From Candidatus Scalindua sp. (lineage in GTDB: Bacteria > Planctomycetota > Brocadiia > Brocadiales > Scalinduaceae), in the NCBI GenBank assembly GCA_031316235.1, contig JALDRA010000001.1, positions 3,510,001 to 3,542,000 of the forward strand: a DNA stretch of 32,000 nt, read 5' to 3'. This document shows positions 1-8,645 of this stretch, piece after piece. The notes under the pieces are model-generated. The model did no database searches. It was not told the DNA's origin and was given only the letters and a program-made list of their open reading frames with translations. How positions within the stretch are numbered: the first letter of the stretch is position 1; each line of letters begins with the position of its first letter. The translations under genes and the position numbers were made by a program.

Positions 1-254
1 AAGATACCGGACGGGGAATAAAAAAAGATGATTTGCCAAAGCTTTTCAAAGAATTTGGGCAGTTGGCAACAGGGAAGGAGAGAGAAACGGGTAGCACGGG
101 GCTCGGACTGGTAATTTCCAGGGAGATAATTGAAAAGCATAACGGGAGAATGTGGGCAGAATCAGAATATGGCCAGGGGTCTACCTTCGTCTTTATATTG
201 CCTGTTAATGAGCGGAGAGATGAGAGATTACTAAGCAGTTGTGTGCAAGATTAA
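1..254 (+). CDS. Sensor histidine kinase, C-terminal fragment (HATPase_c); 5' end outside window
   Basis: Frame is open from the window edge to TAA at 252-254. GSTGLGLVISREIIEKHNGRMWAESEYGQGSTFVFILP is the G2-box/ATP-lid end typical of histidine kinases. Confidence 0.8.
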   Translation, partial: DTGRGIKKDDLPKLFKEFGQLATGKERETGSTGLGLVISREIIEKHNGRMWAESEYGQGSTFVFILPVNERRDERLLSSCVQD

Positions 255-652
255 TTGCTCATGTTCCGGGAAAGAACCTTTTTTTCAGTATGGGTTTTTA
301 TCACCGTTAGAATTTCATTTATGCTATAGGGTTTTGCAAGCATGACGTTACCGCCCGTAACCTGGCTGTTCTTCTTTTCCTCATCCTTTGAGAGTAAGGC
401 GGTGAGAAAAATGATCGGGATATTTTCTGTTTCTGGACTTTCTTTAATCATTTTGGCGACTTCACCACCATCAATGTCCGGAAGGCAGATGTCCAGCACA
501 ATCAGGTCAGGTTTATGGGAGTGTGCAAGTTGGATGGCATCAGTACCATTTACTGCTGAAACCACATCGAATCCCTTTACTATGAGCCACTTTTCAAGCA
601 CTGTAAGCATATCTCTTTCGTCGTCAACGATCAATATCTTCTTTTTTTTCAT
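251..652 (-). CDS. Stand-alone response regulator receiver (CheY-like)
   Basis: 133 aa. KKKILIVDDE, DLIVLDICLPDIDG and LAKPY give the REC acidic pocket, the phospho-acceptor Asp and the conserved Lys. No output domain. GAAAGG lies upstream of the ATG at 650-652. Confidence 0.85.
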   Translation of the reverse strand: MKKKKILIVDDERDMLTVLEKWLIVKGFDVVSAVNGTDAIQLAHSHKPDLIVLDICLPDIDGGEVAKMIKESPETENIPIIFLTALLSKDEEKKNSQVTGGNVMLAKPYSINEILTVIKTHTEKKVLSRNMSN

Positions 653-690
653 GACTGATACCTTTCAAGTTTCATCTAATAAATCTTTTG

Positions 691-1071
691 TTATAGGTAC
701 TTTTCTATAACTCCGAGTAAATCTTCAAAATTATATGGTTTGGTAAGTATTGCACTGTTGTTTAACAGTGTGTATCTCTCTGAGTTATTGGGTGCTGACA
801 ATAGCGCACTTAAAAATATTACCGGGATATCCTTGGTTTTCGGATCTTTTCTTAACCTGGTTGCAACCTCTTCTCCCTGAATGTCTCCGAGTACCCTGTC
901 AAGTATCAGAAGGTCAGGATGTTTTGTTCTTGCAGAAGTGATACCATCATGTCCGTTATCAGCCGTAATAACAGAATATCCTGCCGCGGATAGTCCTTTT
1001 TCAAGGATTAAAAGCAGGTCTTTTTCATCATCAACAACGAGGATTTTTTTCTTTTCCATGACACGGCTCAA
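691..1071 (-). CDS. Stand-alone response regulator receiver (CheY-like), paralog of the neighbouring gene
   Basis: 126 aa by the ORF track (TTG start). An ATG at 1057-1059 (MEKKKILVVDDE) is the more likely start. The REC motifs DD, LILDRVLGDIQG and LTKPY are present. Confidence 0.8.
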   Translation of the reverse strand: MSRVMEKKKILVVDDEKDLLLILEKGLSAAGYSVITADNGHDGITSARTKHPDLLILDRVLGDIQGEEVATRLRKDPKTKDIPVIFLSALLSAPNNSERYTLLNNSAILTKPYNFEDLLGVIEKYL

Positions 1072-1302
1072 TTTTCACAAAAGTATGACAGTCTTTTATC
1101 GCATTCATTATCGTCGTTTTGTGGTAATTCTTTGGAAACAATTTCAGAGAACCGGACGGAAATGTCCTGGAAATGGAGTTAATCGAAGACCTGCACTGCA
1201 TAGAGATTATTTCAGGTCATACATTGTGATCACTCAAGTTTGATGCATCTGTTTGGCAAACGGAAAACAAGAATACGCTTTAAGGCAGGAAATATATCAG
1301 AA

Positions 1303-1445
1303 TATACTCATCTTATACTGGATTTCGGATAAAATCCGGGGAAAAACGGAGCGGGTAAGCTCCTCGGTGCCTGGTTTTGTCCGGGGATACCATTAACCAG
1401 GATCTGGTTTTTAGAAAAAGCTGAAACCAAATCAGTTGTAGTATA
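1303..1445 (+). repeat. Dispersed intergenic repeat, copy A (longest, with duplicated 3' tail)
   Basis: Starts TATACTCATCT and contains the hairpin GGATTTcggataAAATCC and the stem TCCTCGG...CCGGGGA. Ends GTAGTATA. Aligns with the copies at 2881, 4128, 4705 and 8646. Confidence 0.8.
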
Positions 1446-1593
1446 TGACAATGATTGCAGGTCTGGAGTGTCACACCTTTGACAACTCGATGCATGAGCA
1501 ATTTCAATGAATAATACCCTTCGACTCCGCTCAGTGTTCTGTCATTCCGAACGGAGTCGAGAGGCTGACTTCTTCTTCACACAATCTCAAGGG

Positions 1594-2553
1594 TTAAGCA
1601 AAGCCTCTGGTCGTAAGCCATCTTTCTGCTTCGAGAGCTGACATACACCCTGTACCTGCAGCAGTAACGGCCTGCTTATAATAGGAGTCCATAACGTCTC
1701 CGGCCGCAAAAACACCTTCAACACTTGTTGCAGTCCTCCAGGGTGTAGGAGTTGCGATAAAGCCCTTCTCATCCAATTTGACCTGGCCGTTCAAAAAAGC
1801 TACATTTGGGGTATGGCCGATTGCTATAAACAGGCCTCCGCAGTTTAAGCTTGACACCTCTTTGGTTTCCGTATCCTGAAGTTCGACACCGGAAATTAAT
1901 TTGTCCCCTAATACATCAGTGACGATAGAGTTCCATTTGAATTCTATTTTAGGGTTTGTTCTGGCACGTTCCTGCATTATGGGGCTTGCCCTGAGTGTAT
2001 CACGACGATGTATGAGAATGACTTTACTTGCAAATTTTGTCAGATATATACTCTCTTCTATTGCAGAGTCACCGCCACCGACAACAGCAAGAACCTTGTC
2101 TCTATATGCGGGAAGAGCCCCGTCACAAATGGCGCATGCACTCACGCCTCCTCCGGAATGTGCAAGTCTCTGCTCGTTAGGGAGATTGAGCCAGTTTGCC
2201 ATGGCGCCAGTTGCAATAACAACGGCTAACGTCTCTACTTCTTTATCATCTGAAGATTTCAGGTGAAAGGGGTGAGATCCGAAATCAACAGATGTAATAT
2301 CCGCCGAATGGACCCGTGTTTGAAAGTTTGTTGCCTGTTTTCGAAGGAGATCCATAAGATCTGGTCCCTGAACCCCTGAAGGAAACCCGGGGTAATTCTC
2401 CACTTCGGTAGTGAACATGAGCTGTCCACCAGGAACCATCGCACGTGAAGGTTCACCCTCGTAAACAATGGGGTTCATGTTTGCTCGTGCCGCATAAATG
2501 GCAGCAGTCCATGCTGCCGGTCCAGAACCTATGATTACCAGTTTTTCTGTCAT
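1594..2553 (-). CDS. trxB: Thioredoxin-disulfide reductase
   Basis: 319 aa with the FAD fold IIGSGPAAWTAAIYAARA, the redox-active CAICDG, a second dinucleotide fold VVGGGDSAIEE, and a C-terminal GVFAAGDV. Confidence 0.92.
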   Translation of the reverse strand: MTEKLVIIGSGPAAWTAAIYAARANMNPIVYEGEPSRAMVPGGQLMFTTEVENYPGFPSGVQGPDLMDLLRKQATNFQTRVHSADITSVDFGSHPFHLKSSDDKEVETLAVVIATGAMANWLNLPNEQRLAHSGGGVSACAICDGALPAYRDKVLAVVGGGDSAIEESIYLTKFASKVILIHRRDTLRASPIMQERARTNPKIEFKWNSIVTDVLGDKLISGVELQDTETKEVSSLNCGGLFIAIGHTPNVAFLNGQVKLDEKGFIATPTPWRTATSVEGVFAAGDVMDSYYKQAVTAAGTGCMSALEAERWLTTRGFA

Positions 2554-2880
2554 AATCGATCTCCAAAAATTTTGTTGTAAGATTTAATGAATAAAGCCTG
2601 CTCTTTATTTGATCCGGCAAACCGCTCTCTACGTAACGGTGAGAGAACCAGGCACTTTTACAAGTTGATACGTAATCACCTCATTCCCCTGTGACGTGGG
2701 CAACTGATGTTCGTTTCTCAAGATAGTATCATGAGTGGTCAGGAAAATCAATTAAGGAAATATATGTCTGCAGATATGATCAGGAACACTGATCCCTTTT
2801 TTCCGGCATCCTCATGGGCATAACGGGTGAATCATTGATACGGACGGCAGAAGAGGGCCTGCTCCGTATAAAAAAGAGAG

Positions 2881-2964
2881 TATACTGAAACCAAATCTTG
2901 GTGAAGGTATGCTCGCTCAATTTTATCTCGGATTTTATCCGAAAACCAGTATGAGATGAGTATA
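2881..2964 (-). repeat. Dispersed intergenic repeat, copy B (inverted orientation, internal about 25 bp stem missing)
   Basis: The reverse complement reads TATACTCATCTCATACTGGTTTTCGGATAAAATCCGAGATAAAATTGAGCGAGCATACCTTCACCAAGATTTGGTTTCAGTATA. Confidence 0.8.
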
Positions 2965-3111
2965 TTCCGATTGGTTCTGGTAAGCTGATTCCTATTCTGT
3001 ACTAAATGCCGGATTTCTCTTCCCGGGGAGCCTGCATCGATTCTGATATGTATTGACAAATTCTCAGCTATTTGTTAGTTTGGCACTTTTAATGTAAGGC
3101 GCGCTTTTCGC

Positions 3112-4122
3112 ATGAAAAGATTTATCATATCATTCACCAACAGCAGAATCACAAGATTATTTATTTTCACCCTGTTTATATTGCTGCTGGGGGCACTGGG
3201 TCTCAGCCATTTTGAGAATCCGCCGCACATAATCGATGCACTGTGGTGGAGTTTCGTAACGATTACAACCGTTGGATATGGCGATATAGCTCCGTCAACA
3301 ATTGGTGGAAGAATTACCGGCATTATCGTTATGGTGTTTGGCATCGGCATTCTCGGGATGTTTACTGCAACAATAGCAAGCGCCTTTGTAGCAGGAAAAC
3401 TTAAAGAGGGGAAGGGAGTTATTAGCGTAAAGGTTAAGGATCATTTTCTTATCTGTGGCTGGAGTTATAAGGTAAAAGAGATTATTGCCGAGTTGAGGGC
3501 AGATAAAAAAGTAAGGGACAAACCAATAGTGCTGGTGGCAGATATTCCGGAAAAACCATTCGAAGATGAAAATACCTTTTTTATTCAAGGTGATGTGAAC
3601 GCTGAGACTGCAGAAAAAGCCAACCTGAAAGCTGCTTCAGTCGTCATAATATTGTCGGATGAGAGTCTTGATTCGTACTCCAGGGATGCTAAGGCAGTAT
3701 TGAACACCCTTACAATACGTACACTCAATCCGGACATATATGTCTGTTTAGAAATTTCTGATGCAAAAAACATGCAGCATGGCAGGCTGGCGGGAGCAGA
3801 TGAGATCATTGTTGTGGGTGAACTAAGCAGCAACCTTCTTGTCCAGGCAGCCCTGGATCATGGCATAACCCAGATTATCACCGAGCTTGTCAGCAATCAA
3901 TTTGGTAGCGCATTGTATAAGATACCAGCCCCAGAGAACATTATTGGTCAACGTTTTGTTGATGCATTAACATTTCTTAAAAGTGAACATAACGCAATTA
4001 CCCTGGCAGTTGCGTCGCTGGGGGAAAAGAAATTTATGGCGAATCCCGACATGGACTATATTGTTCGAGCAGGAGACCAGTTAGTCGTAATTGCTCAAGA
4101 ACGGCCGCACTTAGGGTCATGA
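3112..4122 (+). CDS. Two-TM K+ channel with cytoplasmic RCK/TrkA domains (MthK-like)
   Basis: 336 aa. Two hydrophobic helices flank the TTVGYGD selectivity filter. An RCK-N Rossmann start (FLICGWSYKVKEII) and a TrkA-C-like end (YIVRAGDQLVVIAQ) follow. Confidence 0.85.
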   Translation: MKRFIISFTNSRITRLFIFTLFILLLGALGLSHFENPPHIIDALWWSFVTITTVGYGDIAPSTIGGRITGIIVMVFGIGILGMFTATIASAFVAGKLKEGKGVISVKVKDHFLICGWSYKVKEIIAELRADKKVRDKPIVLVADIPEKPFEDENTFFIQGDVNAETAEKANLKAASVVIILSDESLDSYSRDAKAVLNTLTIRTLNPDIYVCLEISDAKNMQHGRLAGADEIIVVGELSSNLLVQAALDHGITQIITELVSNQFGSALYKIPAPENIIGQRFVDALTFLKSEHNAITLAVASLGEKKFMANPDMDYIVRAGDQLVVIAQERPHLGS

Positions 4123-4127
4123 AAACA

Positions 4128-4184
4128 TATACACATCTTCTGATGGTTTTCGGGAAAATCTAAAACCAGATCGGTTTTCGTAGA
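4128..4184 (+). repeat. Dispersed intergenic repeat, copy E (57-bp internally deleted mini-copy)
   Basis: TATACACATCTTCTGATGGTTTTCGGGAAAATC joined to TAAAACCAGATCGGTTTTCGTAGA matches the 5' and 3' parts of copies B and C. It starts 6 nt after the channel stop and is followed by T8 at 4186-4193. Confidence 0.6.
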
Positions 4185-4288
4185 GTTTTTTTTCTGAATC
4201 CTGAGTGTGAAAGTTATTACTGTTTATTGAGAAAAGAAAAAAGGTAATTATGGAAAAACTTTTTATGCTTTAAGGAGGAAGTATAACG

Positions 4289-4684
4289 ATGTCTGAGAAT
4301 CTTGAGAAGGTAAAGACCTATTTAGATGAATTAGGATTTGCTCTGTCCAGTGAAGATACTGAACAGGAATTGGTTATCATTGATGATGAAGATCAGGGGA
4401 TCAAAAATCTCGTAATAGACTGTGAGTATCCAATCTTGGTGCTTGAACAGGTGATTATGAACGTCCCGCAGGAGACTGGAGACCTTTACCGGCGATTGCT
4501 GCAGATGAATCGTACCCTGGTTCACGGGGCGTTTACGTTAGACGAGGAAGGGAAGAGGGTTATTTTCAGGGATACGCTGCAGCTTGAGAATCTCGATAAA
4601 AATGAGCTGGAAGGATCTATTAATGCCTTGAGCATTGCTCTGGCAGAGTTTGCAGGAGAACTGATAGCGTTCAGTAAAGTATGA
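4289..4684 (+). CDS. Small acidic YbjN-like / PspA-associated protein (YjfI/DUF2170-like)
   Basis: 131 aa with a strong AAGGAGG RBS. Size, acidity and position immediately upstream of a PspA gene resemble E. coli yjfI. The family assignment is from memory of the fold pattern, not from a search. Confidence 0.5.
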   Translation: MSENLEKVKTYLDELGFALSSEDTEQELVIIDDEDQGIKNLVIDCEYPILVLEQVIMNVPQETGDLYRRLLQMNRTLVHGAFTLDEEGKRVIFRDTLQLENLDKNELEGSINALSIALAEFAGELIAFSKV

Positions 4685-4704
4685 TATACCGGCTGCTGTT
4701 AATT

Positions 4705-4814
4705 TATACTCATCTCATGCTGGATTTCGGATAAAATCCGAGATAAAATTGAGCGAGTAAGATCCTCGGTGCCTTTTGTCCGGGGATACCAGCAACCAAA
4801 TCGGTTTTAGTATA
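4705..4814 (+). repeat. Dispersed intergenic repeat, copy C (full length, 110 bp)
   Basis: Runs from TATACTCATCTCATGCTGGATTTCGGATAAAATCCGAGATAAAATTGAGCGAG through TCCTCGGTGCCTTTTGTCCGGGGATACC to AATCGGTTTTAGTATA. It ends 31 nt before the pspA ATG. Confidence 0.85.
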
Positions 4815-4845
4815 AAACATATTTATCAAAAGAAGGAGAGTTACC

Positions 4846-5553
4846 ATGGCAAGTATATTTCGCAGGATGTTTAAGGTCGGGCAGTCCCATGCACACAGTG
4901 TGATGGATAATTTTGAAAATCCCATCAAGATGACAGAACAGGGGGTAAGGGACCTGAAGAAAGATCTGCAGGGGACCATGAGGAGCCTGGCAGAAGTAAA
5001 AGGTGTGGCAATACGACTGAAAAGGGAATCTGAAGATAACAAAAGGCTTGCTGCAGATTATGAGCGTAAGGCCATGATGCTGCTTCAGAAGATGAAGGAG
5101 GGGGTACTCGACCCTGCTCAGGCAGAGAGGTTGGCAGCCGAAGCATTAAATCGGAAGGATGAGTGCAGTCAAAAGGCCGTAAGCTTGATCCAGAACTGGG
5201 AACAGCAGGATAAGATGGCTGCACAATTGCAGGCAAACGTAAATAAGTTGAGATCAACTGTTTCATCGTATGAGAATGAACTCATTACCCTCAGGGCGCG
5301 GGCAAAGACCGCAGCTGCGACCCGGAAGATTAACGAGCAGATGGCACGGGTAGATTCTTCAGGAACGATAGCTATGCTGGAGAAGATGAAGGCCAAGGTG
5401 GAAGAGGATGAATCTCTCGCACAGTCTTACGGAGAACTGGCATCGGCAGAGGAGAGTGTTGATGAAGAAATCAATGCTGTCCTTGCGAGCGGCCAATTGG
5501 TCCCCTCAAGTAATAAACTGGCCGAACTGAAGGCAAGGATGGGGATACAATAA
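4846..5553 (+). CDS. pspA: PspA/IM30 family envelope-stress protein
   Basis: 235 aa with an AAGGAG RBS. The N-terminus MASIFRRMFKVGQSHAHSVMDNFENPIKMTEQGVRDLKKDL, the long heptad-rich coiled coil and the C-terminal LAELKARM match the PspA/IM30 pattern. Confidence 0.85.
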   Translation: MASIFRRMFKVGQSHAHSVMDNFENPIKMTEQGVRDLKKDLQGTMRSLAEVKGVAIRLKRESEDNKRLAADYERKAMMLLQKMKEGVLDPAQAERLAAEALNRKDECSQKAVSLIQNWEQQDKMAAQLQANVNKLRSTVSSYENELITLRARAKTAAATRKINEQMARVDSSGTIAMLEKMKAKVEEDESLAQSYGELASAEESVDEEINAVLASGQLVPSSNKLAELKARMGIQ

Positions 5554-5645
5554 CTGGTAAGGTGTAAAAGAGACGGAATATTTTTCTCACATTACGTTTC
5601 GTTTACGACGGCAAAATATTTTACAGCCTAGCGAGGACAGGAAAG

Positions 5646-6188
5646 ATGGTCTGGAACAGGATGTTCGGGAAAAAGAAAAAAGATGACACGCCGGATCCTT
5701 TTCAGGATCTGGTATTATCTAAGCTCAAGGTAGGTTTTCTGGTAGATTATGACATGAAGACGTGGGAGGTTACTGAGTATAATATCTATGATTGGGATGA
5801 TGGTGAATACAGTCATGAATGGGAACTCACGTCTGGTAATCAGGTTGTATATCTGGAGCGTGAGGAGGATGATGAGGTTGAGTGGGTCTTAACAGAGCGA
5901 ATCCCTTTTAAAAGTTTGGGGGAGGGGTTATCAAAATATATCAGACAAAATGAAGAACCTCCCCATGAGCTGAAGTATGAGGGCGTAACGTATTATCTTG
6001 ACGAGGGAAGCGGGGGGTATTTTTGTAAAGGCGGCGGAAAACAGAGGATAGAATTCCTTTACTGGGAATTCCTCGATGAATCAGAAGAAAAAGTACTTAC
6101 CATCGAACAATGGGCGGAGGACAAGTTTGAGGCGTCTGTGGGCATCTATGTTGAGGAGTATCAATTTATCAATATTCTGCCGAAGTAA
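5646..6188 (+). CDS. DUF4178-like protein
   Basis: 180 aa. LKVGFLVDYDMKTWEVTEYNIYDWDDGEYSHEWELTSG..VYLERE resembles the DUF4178 beta-rich signature and lies downstream of pspA, as yjfK does. Assignment from memory. Confidence 0.55.
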   Translation: MVWNRMFGKKKKDDTPDPFQDLVLSKLKVGFLVDYDMKTWEVTEYNIYDWDDGEYSHEWELTSGNQVVYLEREEDDEVEWVLTERIPFKSLGEGLSKYIRQNEEPPHELKYEGVTYYLDEGSGGYFCKGGGKQRIEFLYWEFLDESEEKVLTIEQWAEDKFEASVGIYVEEYQFINILPK

Positions 6189-6546
6189 AATTTCAGTTTA
6201 TCTGCTTTTTCATCCTGCTTACTACCGCTCCATTTCCTGCCAGATACCACATTTGCAAAAATCAAGTGAAACGATGTTTGCCACGCACCTCATAATCAGT
6301 TAACGGTTGATGCTTTCTGGAGAATGTCCTGAGACGGGTAAAGAGGGAGGTAAAAGTGTCTGGTTCAACTCGATAATAATAAAAATTACTTTGATTTAGA
6401 AAGTTATTGCTTTAGAATCAGGTTGATACAGTATGTTTTTTAATTGGATGCTTTTTATTGGAAATAAAACTTGCATCCGGTTTAGATCCCCGCCGGCCGG
6501 ATTTCATGAACGGTGCATGGGGGCTGGTTGAAAGGAGCTACGGTCT

Positions 6547-7497
6547 ATGGAATATAGGGTTTTAGGAAAAAGCGATTTGTCTGTATCCGTTATCGGTTAC
6601 GGTGCATGGGGGATAGGGGGCGCACCTTTCTGGACAACAGAGGGTGAAGAGAAATCTATAAACTCAATTGAAAAGGCACTGGCCGTGGGTATAAACTTCT
6701 TTGATACTGCACCGGTTTACGGATTTGGATACTCTGAAGAATTACTGGGAAAGGTACTGTGTAAGAGGCGTAAGGATGTCATTATTGCAACAAAGTGCGG
6801 TTTGAGGTGGGAGAAGAAAGATCTTCAGTCTTTGAGAAAGGACGCTACTGAAAAGTCAATATTCTATGAGATCGATGCAAGCCTCGAGAGACTGAAGACT
6901 GACTATGTCGATTTATACCAGGTGCACTGGCCTGATGTAGATACACCGATTAAGGAAACAATGGAAGCCCTCTTAAAGATTCAGAAGGCTGGTAAGATCC
7001 GTTATATCGGTGTCAGCAATTACAATGTCGAATTGATGAAGGAGAGTCTTAAATACGGACAGATTGTTTCACTGCAACCCATGTACAGTATGCTGGAACG
7101 GGACATCGAGAAATCGATCCTCCCCTATTGCAGGGAAACTGATATCGGCGTAATCTGTTACAGCCCGCTTGCTTCAGGGGTATTGACAGGTAAGTATGAT
7201 GAAAATACAAAATTTAAAGACTGGAGAGGCAAGGATATTATCGGTCATTTTACGGATGATGTATATCTGTCCCATGTAGAAAAGGTGAAGGAAATCTCTA
7301 AAATTGCGAAGAAGCTGGGCAAGACAACTGCCCAGCTGGCCATAAATTGGCTGCTTCACCAAAATGGTGTTACGACAGCACTGGTAGGAGTGAAGAATCC
7401 AGGGCAGGTGGAACAAAACAGCAGTGCTGTAGGGTGGAAAATCCCGGATGAGGATTTAAATACGATTATGAATGTTTTGGAAGAAAGGAGATTATAG
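6547..7497 (+). CDS. Aldo/keto reductase
   Basis: 316 aa. Contains LGKSDLSVSVIGYGAWGIGG, FFDTAPVYGFGYSEELLGK, ATKCG, VDLYQVHWPD and IRYIGVSNY (AKR catalytic Asp/Tyr/Lys/His context). Confidence 0.88.
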   Translation: MEYRVLGKSDLSVSVIGYGAWGIGGAPFWTTEGEEKSINSIEKALAVGINFFDTAPVYGFGYSEELLGKVLCKRRKDVIIATKCGLRWEKKDLQSLRKDATEKSIFYEIDASLERLKTDYVDLYQVHWPDVDTPIKETMEALLKIQKAGKIRYIGVSNYNVELMKESLKYGQIVSLQPMYSMLERDIEKSILPYCRETDIGVICYSPLASGVLTGKYDENTKFKDWRGKDIIGHFTDDVYLSHVEKVKEISKIAKKLGKTTAQLAINWLLHQNGVTTALVGVKNPGQVEQNSSAVGWKIPDEDLNTIMNVLEERRL

Positions 7498-8025
7498 ATG
7501 GCAAAAGCTGCAAAGCAGAGTTATTCATTAAACGATTTAGATAAAATGTCTTCTGATGAGGCACACAAGCTCCCCTTTTCGGCAAGAGACAAACTTCTTG
7601 ATCTGCTGCTTGCCGACAGCAGGAAGGTTGGAGGAAAACAACCAGCCCGTCAGGTTGGATTGATGTGTGACTGGTTTGAGGAAGATCTTGCTCGTCTTCA
7701 GAAACTTAAGGCAGTAAAGATCTGTTGTGGGGGCTTTATTCCCGTAGATTCAAGCGGAGAAGTTCCTACACTGGATCCCAAAGGACAATTCAAATTAGTC
7801 TTTGATAACATAAAGGCTTCTATCAGCAAAGCCGGTTCAAATATGAACAGAGTTGTCAATTGCCTTATATTCATGAAGAATATTGATTATTGGGGACAGA
7901 TGAATGATGTCTATAAGAAGTACATCAAGTGTTCACCAACTCGTGCAGCGATTGGTTGTCAGGATCTGAACAAGACGTATCAGATTGAAGTAGTCAACCT
8001 GGTAGCATATAAGGTTGCGAAATGA
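7498..8025 (+). CDS. RidA/YjgF-like domain protein with about 75 aa N-terminal extension
   Basis: 175 aa. The C-terminal 100 aa (QFKLVFDNIKASISKAGSNMNRVVNCLIFMKNIDYWGQMNDVYKKYI..PTRAAIG..L....IEV) follows the RidA pattern. The ATG directly abuts the AKR stop (TAGATG). Confidence 0.6.
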   Translation: MAKAAKQSYSLNDLDKMSSDEAHKLPFSARDKLLDLLLADSRKVGGKQPARQVGLMCDWFEEDLARLQKLKAVKICCGGFIPVDSSGEVPTLDPKGQFKLVFDNIKASISKAGSNMNRVVNCLIFMKNIDYWGQMNDVYKKYIKCSPTRAAIGCQDLNKTYQIEVVNLVAYKVAK

Positions 8026-8077
8026 TTATTGTATGTGGGTTTTATTAAATTGTGGTAATTTTGAAAGGAGTTTTATC

Positions 8078-8470
8078 ATGTTTCGATATTTAAGAGTGAG
8101 TTTTACCTGTCTGTCAGCAGCTGTAGCCTGTACACTGCTATTTTCATATTCTGTGCTGGAAGCATCTGATAATGCCTGTTGCAGCTCATCAAAGAGTGAG
8201 AAGGTGTGCGAAGCCGGGGATGGGGAAATAAAACAGGTATCAACAGCTGAAGACGCTACCAAAAAAGTGGTCTTAAGCATAGAGGGTATGACCTGTGGAG
8301 GCTGTGAAGGCAAGGTCAAGAGTGTGCTTACAAAGTGTCCTGGAGTTAAGGACGTTCAGGTAGATCACAAAAGCGGCAAGGCTGTTGTAGAAGTTGAGAG
8401 CGGAAACGCAGATACAGAAGCTCTCATAAATTCTGTCAAGAAACTGGGATATACGGTATCTGAAGGATAA
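8078..8470 (+). CDS. Secreted heavy-metal-associated (HMA) domain protein
   Basis: ATG at 8078 lies 8 nt after GAAAGGAG. Signal-like N-terminus MFRYLRVSFTCLSAAVACTLLF, a Cys-rich linker NACCSSSKSEKVCE, and an HMA fold with GMTCGGCEGKV. Confidence 0.75.
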   Translation: MFRYLRVSFTCLSAAVACTLLFSYSVLEASDNACCSSSKSEKVCEAGDGEIKQVSTAEDATKKVVLSIEGMTCGGCEGKVKSVLTKCPGVKDVQVDHKSGKAVVEVESGNADTEALINSVKKLGYTVSEG

Positions 8471-8645
8471 GTTGGCCATCACTGCCGGAATTAAAGAGGT
8501 ATAAAATAGTAATGTGCGTGTGATTTGCCTGTCTGATGCAGTTTATGCCCGGGCAGGCAATACACAAGCACAAACCAGCCGGTTTCCCCGCTGCTGACAC
8601 TCCCGTTTCATGAAAAAACAGGTAGAATGGTTGCCTGTGCTGATG

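Noticed and set aside
342-1243. Plus-strand ORFs 342..710, 750..941 and 881..1243, antisense to the two response regulators
   Set aside because: They are mirror-frame artefacts of the minus-strand REC genes. They are low-complexity Ser/Phe-rich translations with no motifs.
1313-1507. Short ORFs overlapping the dispersed repeat copies (1313..1507, 2832..3059, 4710..5042, 8436..8654, all minus strand)
   Set aside because: Each owes its existence to the repeated element. The translated sequences share only the element-derived part and are in inconsistent frames and orientations relative to the element.
1521-1560. 9-bp inverted repeat TCGACTCCG...CGGAGTCGA with a 22-nt loop downstream of trxB, considered as its terminator
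   Set aside because: There is no U-tract on the trxB (minus) strand after the stem and the loop is large. It remains an unexplained hairpin and I cannot support a terminator call.
8015-8077. Upstream extension of the HMA ORF (start at 8015, overlapping the RidA-like gene end)
   Set aside because: The ATG at 8078 has a GAAAGGAG RBS at proper spacing and yields a normal signal peptide. The extension (MRNDYCMWVLLNCGNFERSFI) has no RBS.
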